64,000 nucleotides of DNA. Origin: an uncultured Clostridium sp. GTDB lineage: Bacteria; Bacillota; Clostridia; TANB77; CAG-508. Made by a program: the position numbers and the translations under genes. Under the pieces are notes generated by a model that was not told the DNA's origin, did no database searches, and saw only the letters and a program-made list of their open reading frames with translations. Positions 28,901-38,142 of this stretch are shown here, piece by piece (position 1 is the first letter of the stretch; the number at the start of each line of letters is the position of its first letter). The stretch spans positions 3,720 to 67,719 of the forward strand of contig USGY01000005.1 of the NCBI GenBank assembly GCA_900554365.1. The letters are read 5' to 3'.

Positions 28901-30243
28901 CCAGATGAACATGCTTCATTTAGCATGATGTTATCTATTGAACCATTTTTCATACGAATATATTTCATATCTTGTCCACCAATATCAACAATACTTGTAA
29001 CATCTGGTTCGAATTTTTTAGCTGCTGTATAGTGAGCTATTGTTTCGATTTCATTTATATCAACATTTAAGGCTGTTTGTATTAGTTTTTCACCATATCC
29101 TGTAACGCCACTGAATCTAAGTACGGCTTTTTCTGGTAATTCATGATATAATTTTCTTAACATGTTCATAACACTGTTTAATGGATTACCTTCGTTACTT
29201 CCATATAATGAATAAAGTAGATTTCCGTCTCTATCAATTAATACTAATTTAGTTGTTGTAGAACCTGCATCAATTCCTAAGAAACAATCACCTTCATATG
29301 TTTTTAAATCTTTTTTTGTAATTTTGTCCTTATCATGTCTTTCTTTAAACTTTTTATATTCTTCTTCATTTTTAAATAAAGGAGCTAAAGGTTTTGTTGT
29401 TGTGTCATGTGAGTTACGTAAGTTTTCTATTTTTTTAGCAAGTTCGTCAGGAGTGATTTCTGCTGTACCAATAGAATCTAAGGCAGCTCCTTTGGCAACT
29501 AATAGGTGGGCTTCTTCTGGAACAATAATTTCATCATCAGTTAAGTGTAAAGTTTCGATAAATCTTTTTCTTAATTCTGATAAGTAATTTAAAGGTCCTC
29601 CTAAAAATGCTACATTTCCACGAATTGGTCTACCACATGCTAGTCCACTAATTGTTTGATTTACAACTGCTTGAAAAATAGAAGCAGCAATATCTTCTTT
29701 AGCGGCACCTTCATTAATTAAAGGTTGTATATCTGTTTTTGCAAAAACACCACAACGAGATGCAATTGGATAAATTGTTTTAAAGGTTTTAGCTAATTCA
29801 TTTAAACCTTGTGTATCTGTGTGTAATAATGATGCCATTTGGTCTAAAAACGCACCTGTACCACCAGCACATGTTCCATTCATACGTTGTTCAATTGATT
29901 GATCAAAATAAATTATTTTTGCATCTTCGCCACCAAGTTCTATAACTACATCTGTTTGAGGTATGTATTTTTCAACAGCACGTTTGCAAGAAACGACCTC
30001 TTGAATAAAGTCTACTCCTAAAAATTTAGCAGCAGACATTGCACCAGAACCTGTTAAGGCTATTGTAAAAGTGTTAGATGGATATTTTAATAATAAGTCC
30101 TCTAATACGCTACAAACAGTATTTTTTGTATCTGAAAAGTGCCTTTGATAATTTTTATATAATGTATTGCCATTTTTGTCCATAACAATAATTTTTACTG
30201 TAGTTGAACCTACATCTAATCCAACATGTAATAATTCACTCAT
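25924..30243 (-). CDS. Large fusion protein: two BcrAD/BadFG-type activase ATPase domains plus a 2-hydroxyacyl-CoA-dehydratase-related C-terminal region
   Basis: Repeated actin-fold ATPase starts: GLDVGSTTVKIIV and GIDAGSTTTKLVL. The size and architecture match clostridial 'CoA-substrate-specific enzyme activase' fusions. ATG 30243 follows AAGGAGA. The longest ORF starts at 30267. Confidence 0.7.
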   Translation of the reverse strand: MSELLHVGLDVGSTTVKIIVMDKNGNTLYKNYQRHFSDTKNTVCSVLEDLLLKYPSNTFTIALTGSGAMSAAKFLGVDFIQEVVSCKRAVEKYIPQTDVVIELGGEDAKIIYFDQSIEQRMNGTCAGGTGAFLDQMASLLHTDTQGLNELAKTFKTIYPIASRCGVFAKTDIQPLINEGAAKEDIAASIFQAVVNQTISGLACGRPIRGNVAFLGGPLNYLSELRKRFIETLHLTDDEIIVPEEAHLLVAKGAALDSIGTAEITPDELAKKIENLRNSHDTTTKPLAPLFKNEEEYKKFKERHDKDKITKKDLKTYEGDCFLGIDAGSTTTKLVLIDRDGNLLYSLYGSNEGNPLNSVMNMLRKLYHELPEKAVLRFSGVTGYGEKLIQTALNVDINEIETIAHYTAAKKFEPDVTSIVDIGGQDMKYIRMKNGSIDNIMLNEACSSGCGSFIETFAKSLNLEISKFVDEAIHSKTPVDLGSRCTVFMNSKIKQAQKEGYSVGDISSGLSYSVIKNAIQKVMKVRDVSTLGDHIVVQGGTFYNDAVLRAFELIVGKNVVRPDIAGLMGAYGMALLSKEQYETNLDMEYKSTILKENELDNLKIKVTHTRCGICENHCLLTINRFSNGQVHISGNRCERGAGIVSKNKNLPNLVKYKYERIFDYKPLEEKDAPRGVIGIPRVLNMYEDYPFWFTFLTSLGFRVILSEKSTRATYEKGMESMPSESVCYPAKLSHGHVESLLEKGIKTIFYPCIPYSRKEYEKADNHYNCPIVISYSEVLKNNIEELKDPSVKFLNPFLPLDKKNLVKKILELDEFKEYNFTKSELNEAADKAEAEYQKCKNDIRQKGAETVKYIEENNLKGIVLAGRPYHVDPEINHGIDTLITSLGLCVLTEDSVSDKSEAKRPIRVVDQWVFHARLYAAADFVGKHDCLELVQLNSFGCGVDAVTTDQVEEILSSYDKMYTLIKIDEVNNLGAVRIRIRSLLASMKKREHEKHEEKTTGDYGIHKKIFTKDMRKNYTILFPQMAPIHFELLETAVKSCGYNVELLRECTQKTVETGLKYVNNDACYPSILVTGQMIEALQSGKYDPNRTALIMSQTGGGCRATNYIGFIRKALKDAGFEQVPVISLNVVGMEKMPGFKITVPLMDKMLKCVIYADLLQKMLTKNRAYEVHKGETEALFNKWIKKCKEILAKTKNKEFKQSIYDIVNDFEKIELDTSVEKPKVGIVGEVLIKYHPFGNNFVADLLEKEGAEVVLPDFMGFIKFMATHKITFNKLLNTNKTSSKISKIAIKLIDIMEKDLKIALSNSKKGYLPPCDIWHLEDKVKDILSIGNQTGEGWFLTAEMIEYIEHGIPNIVCVQPFACLPNHVVGKGVIKTIRSKYPDANISPVDYDPGASETNQTNRIKLLMTVAKDNLKEKNNAKKAIDKENSDIKEKITIKK

Positions 30244-30448
30244 GACAAATTCTCCTTTTTTATACATAATTTATGCTTTTTAACACCCTCATTTTATACG
30301 GAAAAAGGCTTTTTGTCAAATGGTAAATATTAGAAGGCAACATAAAAAATATATGAAATTTATATGATAAAAATTTTATATATTTGAGTATTAATAAAAT
30401 TTATGTTAAAATATAATTTGTAAAAAAATTGGAAAGTAGGAACTTAAA

Positions 30449-31150
30449 ATGGATAGATATTCAAAAATAGAAACAAAAGATAAAAGAGAAATAGTTTTAT
30501 TAATTGGTAACGGGTGTAAGTGGAAAAAATGTACTTTTTGCAATTATTATTTAGATGCAAATAGTAATGAAGAAGAGCAATATAATATAAATAAAAAGGT
30601 ATTAGATCAAGTAACAGGAAAATACGGTGTGCTTGAGGCAATTAATTCTGGTAGTATTTTTGAATTAAATAAGAGAAGTTTAAATGAGTTAATAAATACA
30701 TGTTTAAAAAAGAATATTAAAAAATTAATAATTGAAAGTCATTATATGTATAAAAGACAAATAAAAGAGTTTAGAAAAAAATGTAATGAATTAGGAATTA
30801 TATTAAAAGTCAAAGGTGGCGTAGAAACTTTTGATGCTCATTTGAGAGAGGATGTTTGGAAAAAGGGATTTGGAAAAGTAAGTCTTGATGAGTTTAAGGA
30901 AGCTTTTGATGAAATAAATTTATTAGTTGGAGTAAAAGGACAAAATTTGGAACAAATAGAAAAAGACATAGAAATAGGAAGGAAAAATTTTGAAAGAATA
31001 TGTGTTAATGTTTATAAGGAAATGGATGATATTATACCAGCTGATAAAAAATTAGAAGAAGAATTTGTAAAAAAATTATACCCTAAATATAAAGATGATC
31101 CTAATATAGATATTTTACTTCAAAATACTGATTTTGGCGTAGGGGATTAA
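30449..31150 (+). CDS. Small radical-SAM-like protein with a CX4CX2C cluster motif (tentative)
   Basis: The N-terminal segment LLIGNGCKWKKCTFCNYY contains three Cys spaced 4 and 2 residues apart. The rest could be a partial TIM-barrel-sized domain. No confident family assignment. Confidence 0.35.
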   Translation: MDRYSKIETKDKREIVLLIGNGCKWKKCTFCNYYLDANSNEEEQYNINKKVLDQVTGKYGVLEAINSGSIFELNKRSLNELINTCLKKNIKKLIIESHYMYKRQIKEFRKKCNELGIILKVKGGVETFDAHLREDVWKKGFGKVSLDEFKEAFDEINLLVGVKGQNLEQIEKDIEIGRKNFERICVNVYKEMDDIIPADKKLEEEFVKKLYPKYKDDPNIDILLQNTDFGVGD

Positions 31151-31253
31151 TAAAAAAGTGCATATTAAATATGCGCTTTTTATTTTTATAAGTTCTAAAA
31201 AGGACAAACAAATAATAATATTGATAATAAATAAAAGTTTAAGGAGGAAAAAA

Positions 31254-31799
31254 ATGAAAAGTAAAAAAATTGTTATCATATTTGGATTATTATTTGTTTT
31301 ATTAATTACTGGGGGATATTTTATAATTCAAAATATGAGACAAAATCAAGATAAAGTGAATAATCAAGAATATACACCACAAGAAGAAATATCTGAAGAG
31401 CAATCAAGACAAACAATTGTAAGTTTATATTTTAAATCAAAAGAAAATCAAGAATTAATTCCTGAAGCTAGATTGGTTGATATAAAAGAAATGATAAATA
31501 ATCCATGTGATAAATTAATAAATTTACTACTTGATGGTCCCAAGAGTGATAAACAAGAAAGGGTAATACCAGAAAATACAAAACTATTAAAAACAGAAAT
31601 ACAAGGTGATTGTATAACTATAGATTTTTCATCTGAATTTTTAAATTATGATAAAACAAATAGTAAAAATAAAGAAAATATGATTAATAGTATTGTAAAT
31701 ACAGTAACACAATTAACAGAAATAAATAATGTAAAAATATTAATAGATGGAAATGTTAATAGTGATTTTAATGAAGTATATTCTAAAAAAATTACTTAA
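31254..31799 (+). CDS. gerM: GerM-like (GerMN domain) lipoprotein or membrane-anchored germination/sporulation protein
   Basis: AAGGAGG RBS before ATG 31254. It has a signal/TM segment, then VSLYFKSKENQELIPEARLVD...LLDGPKSD...ITIDFSSEF, the typical GerMN pattern. Confidence 0.6.
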   Translation: MKSKKIVIIFGLLFVLLITGGYFIIQNMRQNQDKVNNQEYTPQEEISEEQSRQTIVSLYFKSKENQELIPEARLVDIKEMINNPCDKLINLLLDGPKSDKQERVIPENTKLLKTEIQGDCITIDFSSEFLNYDKTNSKNKENMINSIVNTVTQLTEINNVKILIDGNVNSDFNEVYSKKIT

Positions 31800-31956
31800 A
31801 TAATTTTAAAAAATGTACATACCAATTAAATTTTTGAAAATCATTTAAAAAACATTCAACATCATTTAATGATTTTAGGGTATTATCTTTACAAATTTTT
31901 ATTTTTGATTTTTTCTTAGGAGGTGGTTTAGGTCCGCCTCTATTATTTTGAATCAT
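31792..31956 (-). CDS. Small hypothetical protein (54 aa), below the ORF-track size threshold
   Basis: On the minus strand an AAGGTGA RBS lies 4 nt before the ATG (31956). Product: MIQNNRGGPKPPPKKKSKIKICKDNTLKSLNDVECFLNDFQKFNWYVHFLKLFK. The stop codon overlaps the gerM 3' end. Confidence 0.35.
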   Translation of the reverse strand: MIQNNRGGPKPPPKKKSKIKICKDNTLKSLNDVECFLNDFQKFNWYVHFLKLFK

Positions 31957-32032
31957 GATATCACCTTCTATGGATTTTTTTTAATATTTATAGTATAATA
32001 TGAAAATAATTAATAAAGGTGATATAAAATAA

Positions 32033-32776
32033 ATGAATGATTTTTTAAAAGAAAATGAAAGAATAGATGATTTAGAATTTAAAAATTTAAAAATAATTCA
32101 AAATAAAAATGGATTTTGTTTTGGAATAGATAGTGTACTTTTAGTGAATTTTGCAAAAGAAATAAAAAAGCAAAGTAAAATATTAGATTTAGGAACTGGC
32201 ACAGGAATAATTCCTATATTACTAAGTGGAAAAGTGGAGCTAAAAAAAGCTATTGGGGTAGAAATACAAAAAGATGTTGCAAGTATGGCTAAAAGAAGTG
32301 TTAGTTTAAATAATTTGGATGATAAAATAGAAATAATAAATGAAAATGTAATTAATATAGGTAAATTATATCCAAAACAATATTTTGATGTAGTAATTAC
32401 TAATCCTCCTTATAAAAAAATGGGAACAGGAATTATAAATGAAAGTGAAGCTAAAATAATATCAAGACATGAAATTACTGCTAATTTAGAAGATTTTATA
32501 AAAACAGCTAGAGATATGTTAAAAGATAAAGGAGAATTTTTCATGGTACATAGGCCAGAAAGATTAGTTGATATTATAAGTTTAATGCGAAAATTTAAAA
32601 TTGAACCTAAAAAATTAAGATTTGTTTGTCCTAATAAAAATAAAGAGCCAAATATGGTTTTAATAAAAGGAATAAAAAATGCGAAGGAATTTTTAAAAAT
32701 AGAAAAAAATTTATATGTGTATAATGAGGACGGAAATTATACTGATGAAATTTTAAAAATATATAATAAAATATAA
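32033..32776 (+). CDS. SAM-dependent N6-adenine methyltransferase, YabB/TrmN6 (tRNA m6A37)-like
   Basis: SAM motif ILDLGTGTGIIPILL and catalytic VITNPPYKK. It lies upstream of rsmI, as yabB does in Bacillus. Confidence 0.75.
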   Translation: MNDFLKENERIDDLEFKNLKIIQNKNGFCFGIDSVLLVNFAKEIKKQSKILDLGTGTGIIPILLSGKVELKKAIGVEIQKDVASMAKRSVSLNNLDDKIEIINENVINIGKLYPKQYFDVVITNPPYKKMGTGIINESEAKIISRHEITANLEDFIKTARDMLKDKGEFFMVHRPERLVDIISLMRKFKIEPKKLRFVCPNKNKEPNMVLIKGIKNAKEFLKIEKNLYVYNEDGNYTDEILKIYNKI

Positions 32777-32791
32777 TAGGGAGAGTATAAT

Positions 32792-33619
32792 ATGCAAGAT
32801 TATGGAAAATTATATATAGTAGCAACACCGATTGGAAATTTAAATGATATCACATTAAGAGCGATTAATGTATTAAAAAGTGTAGATATAGTGGTAGCTG
32901 AAGATACAAGACATTCTTTAAAATTATTAAATCATTTGCGAATCTCTAAGCCATTAATGAGCTATTATAGACATAAAGAAGAAGTAAAATATGAAAAAAT
33001 ATTAGAAAAAATAAAAGAAGGAAAAAATATTGCAATAATTTCAGATGCAGGTACACCAATAATTTCAGACCCAGGTGAAGTTATTGTAAAAGCTGCAATA
33101 AAAGAAAATATAGAGGTTATTCCAATTCCAGGAGCGTGTGCTGCAATTACAGCTTTAATGGCAGGAGGAGTAGATACAAAGAAATTTGTTTTTTATGGAT
33201 TTATATCAATTAATAAAAAATTGAGAAAAAAAGAATTAGAAGAAATAAAAAAAGAAAATAAAACAATTATTTTATATGAAGCACCACATAAAATAAAAAA
33301 CACATTAGAAGATTTAAAAGAATATATTCCAGAAAGAAAAATAATTATATGTAGGGAATTAACAAAAATTCATGAAGAATTTATAAGAGGTACTGCAGAA
33401 GAAGTTGCAAAAAAAATAACAGAACCTAAAGGAGAATATATAATTTTAATTGATTCTAATCCAGAAGAAGTAGAAGAGGAAAATGAATTAAATAAATTGA
33501 CATTAGAACAGCATTATAAATATTACGAAAATCAAGGATTAGAGAAAAAAGAGATAATTAAGAAAATTGCTAAAGATAGAAATGTTAATAAAAATGAAAT
33601 TTATATGCATTTTATTTAG
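32792..33619 (+). CDS. rsmI: 16S rRNA (cytidine1402-2'-O)-methyltransferase RsmI
   Basis: N-terminal GKLYIVATPIGNLNDITLRAINVLKSVDIVVAEDTRHS and the ISDAGTPIISDPG motif. Confidence 0.9.
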   Translation: MQDYGKLYIVATPIGNLNDITLRAINVLKSVDIVVAEDTRHSLKLLNHLRISKPLMSYYRHKEEVKYEKILEKIKEGKNIAIISDAGTPIISDPGEVIVKAAIKENIEVIPIPGACAAITALMAGGVDTKKFVFYGFISINKKLRKKELEEIKKENKTIILYEAPHKIKNTLEDLKEYIPERKIIICRELTKIHEEFIRGTAEEVAKKITEPKGEYIILIDSNPEEVEEENELNKLTLEQHYKYYENQGLEKKEIIKKIAKDRNVNKNEIYMHFI

Positions 33620-33758
33620 CAGTAAAAGCGTGAAAATGCTAAATAATATTGAAAAAAAATAGTTGCAAACATTAAATGTTTATGGTATATTTGTTAAATA
33701 GATAGAGTGTAATATGATACACTCTATTTTATATAGGATATTAATGGGGGTAATATAA

Positions 33759-35027
33759 TTGGAAAAATTAGTAGTTACAGGACCAACTCAATTAAAGGGA
33801 GAAGTAGTAATAAGTGGAGCTAAAAATGCTGCAGTAGCAATTTTACCAGCAACACTTTTAATAGACGGAGTATGTACAATTGAAAATTTACCAAATATTA
33901 GTGATATAAAAATATTGTGTGAAATACTAGAAAAATTAGGAGCAAAAATCACATGGAAAGATAAACATACAATATCAATAGATACAACAGAAATTAAAAC
34001 AACAAAAGCACCTTTAGATTTAACAAGCAAATTTAGAGCATCTTATTATATAATAGGAGCAATGCTTGGTAGAAAAGGTGAAGTAGAAGTTGGAATGCCT
34101 GGTGGATGTAAACTAGGTGCAAGACCAATAGATCAACATATAAAAGGATTTGAAGCACTAGGAGCAAATGTTGTTGTAGAAAAAGGAACAATAAATGCAA
34201 AAGCTAAAAAAGGATTAAAAAGTGCACCAATTTATATGGATATAGTATCTGTTGGAGCAACAATAAATGTAATGCTTGCAGCTGTTTTAGCTAAAGGTAC
34301 AACTGTTATTGATAATGCTGCAAAAGAACCACATATAGTTGATGTAGCAAACTTCTTAAACACAATGGGAGCAGATATTCGTGGAGCTGGAACTGATGTT
34401 ATAAAAATAAATGGAGTTGAAAAATTACATGGAAATGCAACATATTCAGTTGTTCCAGATCAAATAGAAGCAGGAACATTTATGCTTGCTGCAGTAGCAA
34501 CTAGAGGAGATTTAACTTTAAAAAATTGTATAACAAAACATTTGGAATCAGTAACTGCTAAAATAATAGAAGTTGGTGGAAATGTTGAAGATTATGGCGA
34601 TAGTATAAGAGTATGGTGTAATAAAAGACCAAACAAAGCAAATATTAAAACTTTACCATATCCAGGATTTCCAACAGATTTACAACCTCAAATGGGTGTT
34701 GTTTTGTCAATTGCAAATGGTACAAGTATAATAAATGAAAGTATATGGGATTCAAGATTTCAATATACAGAAGAATTAAATAAAATGGGAGCTAAGATTA
34801 CGGCTCAAGGAAAAACAGCGTTTTTTGAAGGTGTAAAAAAATTAAAAGGAGCACCAGTATTTTCATCAGATTTAAGAGCTGGGGCAGCATTAGTAATTGC
34901 TGGAACAGTTGCAGAAGGAAAAACAGAAATTTATAATTTACAACATATTGATAGAGGATATGAAAATATAGAAGAAAAATTCAGAAAAATTGGTGCTAAA
35001 ATAGAAAGAGTAACAGAAGAGGATTAA
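33759..35027 (+). CDS. murA: UDP-N-acetylglucosamine 1-carboxyvinyltransferase MurA
   Basis: TTG start. The product is full-length EPSP-synthase-fold MurA, with LKGEVVISGAKNAAVAILPATLL and the active-site region GGCKLGARPIDQH. Confidence 0.93.
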   Translation: MEKLVVTGPTQLKGEVVISGAKNAAVAILPATLLIDGVCTIENLPNISDIKILCEILEKLGAKITWKDKHTISIDTTEIKTTKAPLDLTSKFRASYYIIGAMLGRKGEVEVGMPGGCKLGARPIDQHIKGFEALGANVVVEKGTINAKAKKGLKSAPIYMDIVSVGATINVMLAAVLAKGTTVIDNAAKEPHIVDVANFLNTMGADIRGAGTDVIKINGVEKLHGNATYSVVPDQIEAGTFMLAAVATRGDLTLKNCITKHLESVTAKIIEVGGNVEDYGDSIRVWCNKRPNKANIKTLPYPGFPTDLQPQMGVVLSIANGTSIINESIWDSRFQYTEELNKMGAKITAQGKTAFFEGVKKLKGAPVFSSDLRAGAALVIAGTVAEGKTEIYNLQHIDRGYENIEEKFRKIGAKIERVTEED

Positions 35028-35031
35028 AAAT

Positions 35032-35820
35032 ATGTTTAATTTTTGTAGCTTATATAGCGGAAGTAGTGGAAATAGCCTTTTTGTAGAAACAGAAAATACA
35101 AAAGTATTAATAGATGCAGGTGTAAGTTGTAAAAAAATTGAAACAGCATTAAAGGATATTAATATTGATCCAAAAGAACTTAATGGAATATTAGTTACAC
35201 ATGAACATATAGATCACGTACAATCATTAGGGAGCTTTTCTAAAAAATTTGACATACCTGTGTTTGTGAACCAAGAAACATTAGATGCTATGCCAGTCCA
35301 AAGAGATAAGATAGCAGAAAAAAATATTAATTTATTTAAAGTAAATGATAAATTTGAGGTTGGAGATTTATTAGTAAAACCTTTTGCTATACCACATGAT
35401 GCAGCAAATCCTTGTGGATTTAGTGTATATAAAGGTGACAAAAAAATAAGTGTTGCAACTGATGTTGGGCATATGACAAATAGTATAGTAAAAAGTATGG
35501 AAGAGAGTTTATTTGTATTATTAGAAGCAAATTATGATCCAGAGGTTTTACGTTGTTCGCCATATCCATATTCATTAAAAACAAGAATTGCTGGACCAAC
35601 AGGACATTTACCAAATGAAATGGCAGGAAAGACACTAACTTATTTATTACAATCTGGTTTAAAAAATGCAATGTTGGGACATTTAAGTAAAGAAAGTAAT
35701 TTTCCAGAACTTGCATATCAAACTGTTTTAGATGAGTTATTAGCTAAAGAAGGAAATACTGATAAATTATCACTTAGTGTAGCTGCTAGGGATAAACATA
35801 GTAAAATAATAGAAATATAG
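35032..35820 (+). CDS. MBL-fold metallo-hydrolase (YycJ/WalJ-like)
   Basis: HxHxDH motif (THEHIDHVQ) in a 262-aa beta-lactamase-fold protein. Confidence 0.8.
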   Translation: MFNFCSLYSGSSGNSLFVETENTKVLIDAGVSCKKIETALKDINIDPKELNGILVTHEHIDHVQSLGSFSKKFDIPVFVNQETLDAMPVQRDKIAEKNINLFKVNDKFEVGDLLVKPFAIPHDAANPCGFSVYKGDKKISVATDVGHMTNSIVKSMEESLFVLLEANYDPEVLRCSPYPYSLKTRIAGPTGHLPNEMAGKTLTYLLQSGLKNAMLGHLSKESNFPELAYQTVLDELLAKEGNTDKLSLSVAARDKHSKIIEI

Positions 35821-35880
35821 AAAAATAATAAGATATAATGCATTTGTGTTATATCTTTTATATTAATATAAGGAGGAAAA

Positions 35881-36360
35881 ATGTTAAATATCCATATTGT
35901 TTGTGTTGGAAAAATAAAAGAAAAATATTTAAAAGATGCAATAAATGAATATAGTAAAAGATTGTCTAAATTTTGTAAAATAGATTTTATAGAATTAAGT
36001 GACGAGAGAGTGCCAGATAAAATAAATGATAATATAGAAAATGAAATAAAAGAAAAAGAAGCAGCAAAAATTTTATCACATATTCCTAAAAATTCATACA
36101 TATGTGCTTTAGATTTAGGTGGAAAACAACTAACTTCTGAAGAATTTTCAAAAAAAATTGAAGATATATCAATGCAAAATAGCCATGTAAGCTTTGTAAT
36201 TGGTGGAACTTTAGGTTTAACAAAACAATTACTTGACAAATGTGACTTTAAAATTTGCTTTTCAAAAATGACTTTTCCACATCAACTTATTAGAGTATTT
36301 TTATTAGAGCAGATTTATCGTGCTTTTAAAATATCTTATGGTGAAACATATCATAGATAA
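35881..36360 (+). CDS. rlmH: 23S rRNA (pseudouridine1915-N3)-methyltransferase RlmH
   Basis: 159 aa SPOUT protein: [28 protein letters not shown] ... FVIGGTLGL ... [27 protein letters not shown]. Confidence 0.92.
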   Translation: [159 protein letters not shown]

Positions 36361-36602
36361 AATGAATTGTAGAGAAAATAACAAAATAAGGGCTAACCAA
36401 TAAAAAATATTTTCCCTACAAAATTAATAACTATTTAATTATTGAAATATTTTTTGATAATTTTTTTGATAACTTTTTGATTATAAAATATCTAACTATA
36501 AAAAATGTAAGAATAAATAATAAGATTTTAATCATAAATATTGTCCTTTTTAAAAATTTTTTATAATTATATTTTATAAAAAAGAAATTGTCAATAAAAA
36601 CA

Positions 36603-37130
36603 TTACGACATAATTCGACAAACCACAGTACTTACAATCATTCCAACTATATCAGAACAAAGTGAGGCAATTAAAATAAACCTCATTTTTTTTATTTTTA
36701 CACAACTTGTATAAATAGCAATTGTATACAAAGTTGTTTCTGTTGATCCCATAATTGTTGATGCTATTTTACCAATTAAACTATCAACACCATAGTTTTT
36801 CATAATATCTGTTGCAACTGCAATGGAACCACTTCCTGATATTGGTCTAAGTAAAGCAAGAGGCATAAGCTCAGGAGGAAAGTTAAGAAAACTTAATATT
36901 GGAGAAGCTAAATTTGTTATAAAATCTAAAACACCAGAACTGCGTAAACAGCTAATAGCTACAAAAAGGCCAATTAATGTTGGAAGAATATTTAATGTAA
37001 TTTCAATACCTTCTTTGGCACCATCTAAAAATATATCAAAAACTTTAGCTTTTTCAGATATGCCATAGAGAATAATAATTAAAATTACCATAGGCATTGC
37101 TAAATTTGAAATGAAGTTCATTAAATTCAT
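36603..37130 (-). CDS. spmB: Spore maturation protein B (nucleoside-recognition-domain membrane protein)
   Basis: 175-aa polytopic membrane protein immediately downstream of the spmA-like gene, matching the usual spmA-spmB pair. Confidence 0.7.
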   Translation of the reverse strand: MNLMNFISNLAMPMVILIIILYGISEKAKVFDIFLDGAKEGIEITLNILPTLIGLFVAISCLRSSGVLDFITNLASPILSFLNFPPELMPLALLRPISGSGSIAVATDIMKNYGVDSLIGKIASTIMGSTETTLYTIAIYTSCVKIKKMRFILIASLCSDIVGMIVSTVVCRIMS

Positions 37131-37144
37131 AAAAATTCACCTTT

Positions 37145-37732
37145 TTAAATTTTTGATTTTGTAATTTTAATAAGTAGTTTTACTACAATTATTCCAGATA
37201 TTCCGGCTATTATGGTGGCAATCCAAGTTGGGAATACAATTGCAGTTGGATTTTGGGAGTTAAGAGAATTTCTAATTGCAATAACTGTTGTTGGAATTAA
37301 TTGAATGGAAGCTGTATTTATTACTATAAAGGTCATCATTGAATCAGATAAAGTATCTTTTTTTGTATTTTCTTTTTGCATTGAGTTCATAGCTTTAAGT
37401 CCCAGGGGAGTAGCAGCGTTTCCAAGTCCCAAAAAATTTGCAATTATATTCATTGAAATTTCTTTTTTTATTTTTAAATTATTTTTTAATTTAGGAAATA
37501 ATATGTTGAGCAGTGGATTTAATATCTTTACTAAATTTTCTACCATGGATGTTTGACTGGCAATTTGCATAATTCCACTCCATAAACATAGAGTGCCTAG
37601 CAAACCAATAGATAAGTTTACTGCATCATTTGTCCCTTGAAAAATTGAATTATTTAAATTTTCCAAGTTTCCAGTAAAAATAGCAAAAGAAAATGATATA
37701 ATTATAAAAATTGGCCAAACTATATTTAACAT
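37145..37732 (-). CDS. spmA: Spore maturation protein A
   Basis: 195-aa polytopic protein beginning MLNIVWPIFIIISF. It is the first gene of the spmAB-type pair. Confidence 0.7.
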   Translation of the reverse strand: MLNIVWPIFIIISFSFAIFTGNLENLNNSIFQGTNDAVNLSIGLLGTLCLWSGIMQIASQTSMVENLVKILNPLLNILFPKLKNNLKIKKEISMNIIANFLGLGNAATPLGLKAMNSMQKENTKKDTLSDSMMTFIVINTASIQLIPTTVIAIRNSLNSQNPTAIVFPTWIATIIAGISGIIVVKLLIKITKSKI

Positions 37733-37873
37733 ATATAAACATCACCTTAACAATTTTATGCAAAAATTTACTTTTTATGCCAAATATGATTGACCAAGTA
37801 CCAATTTTATGTTATTATATGTATACAATAAATTGGATTGAATACGATAATTTTTAAGGAGGTTATAATAATT

Positions 37874-38128
37874 ATGAAATCTACAGGTATTATAAGAAGA
37901 ATGGACGAGTTAGGAAGGGTTGTTATTCCTATAGAAATTAGAAATCAATTTAATATAGCGCAAAGAGACCCTATTGAAATATATGTAGACGGTTCATCAA
38001 TAATATTAAGAAAATTTGAGCCGAATTGTATTTTCTGTGGAAATACAAAAAATCTAGTTGCATATCATGATAAATTAATTTGCCATGAATGCTCAACCAA
38101 AATAGGAAAATTAAAACCAGAAGCATAA
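37874..38128 (+). CDS. abrB: AbrB/SpoVT-family transition-state regulator with a C-terminal Cys4 motif
   Basis: AAGGAGG RBS. The N-terminal MKSTGIIRRMDELGRVVIPIEIR is a swapped-hairpin SpoVT-AbrB domain. The C-terminus carries CIFCG...CHEC. Confidence 0.85.
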   Translation: MKSTGIIRRMDELGRVVIPIEIRNQFNIAQRDPIEIYVDGSSIILRKFEPNCIFCGNTKNLVAYHDKLICHECSTKIGKLKPEA

Positions 38129-38142
38129 AAAAAGACTGATTA

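Noticed and set aside
35718-36239. 173-aa minus-strand ORF spanning the MBL-hydrolase/rlmH junction
   Set aside because: It overlaps the well-supported rlmH gene in antisense and has no RBS or recognisable motif, so it is treated as spurious.
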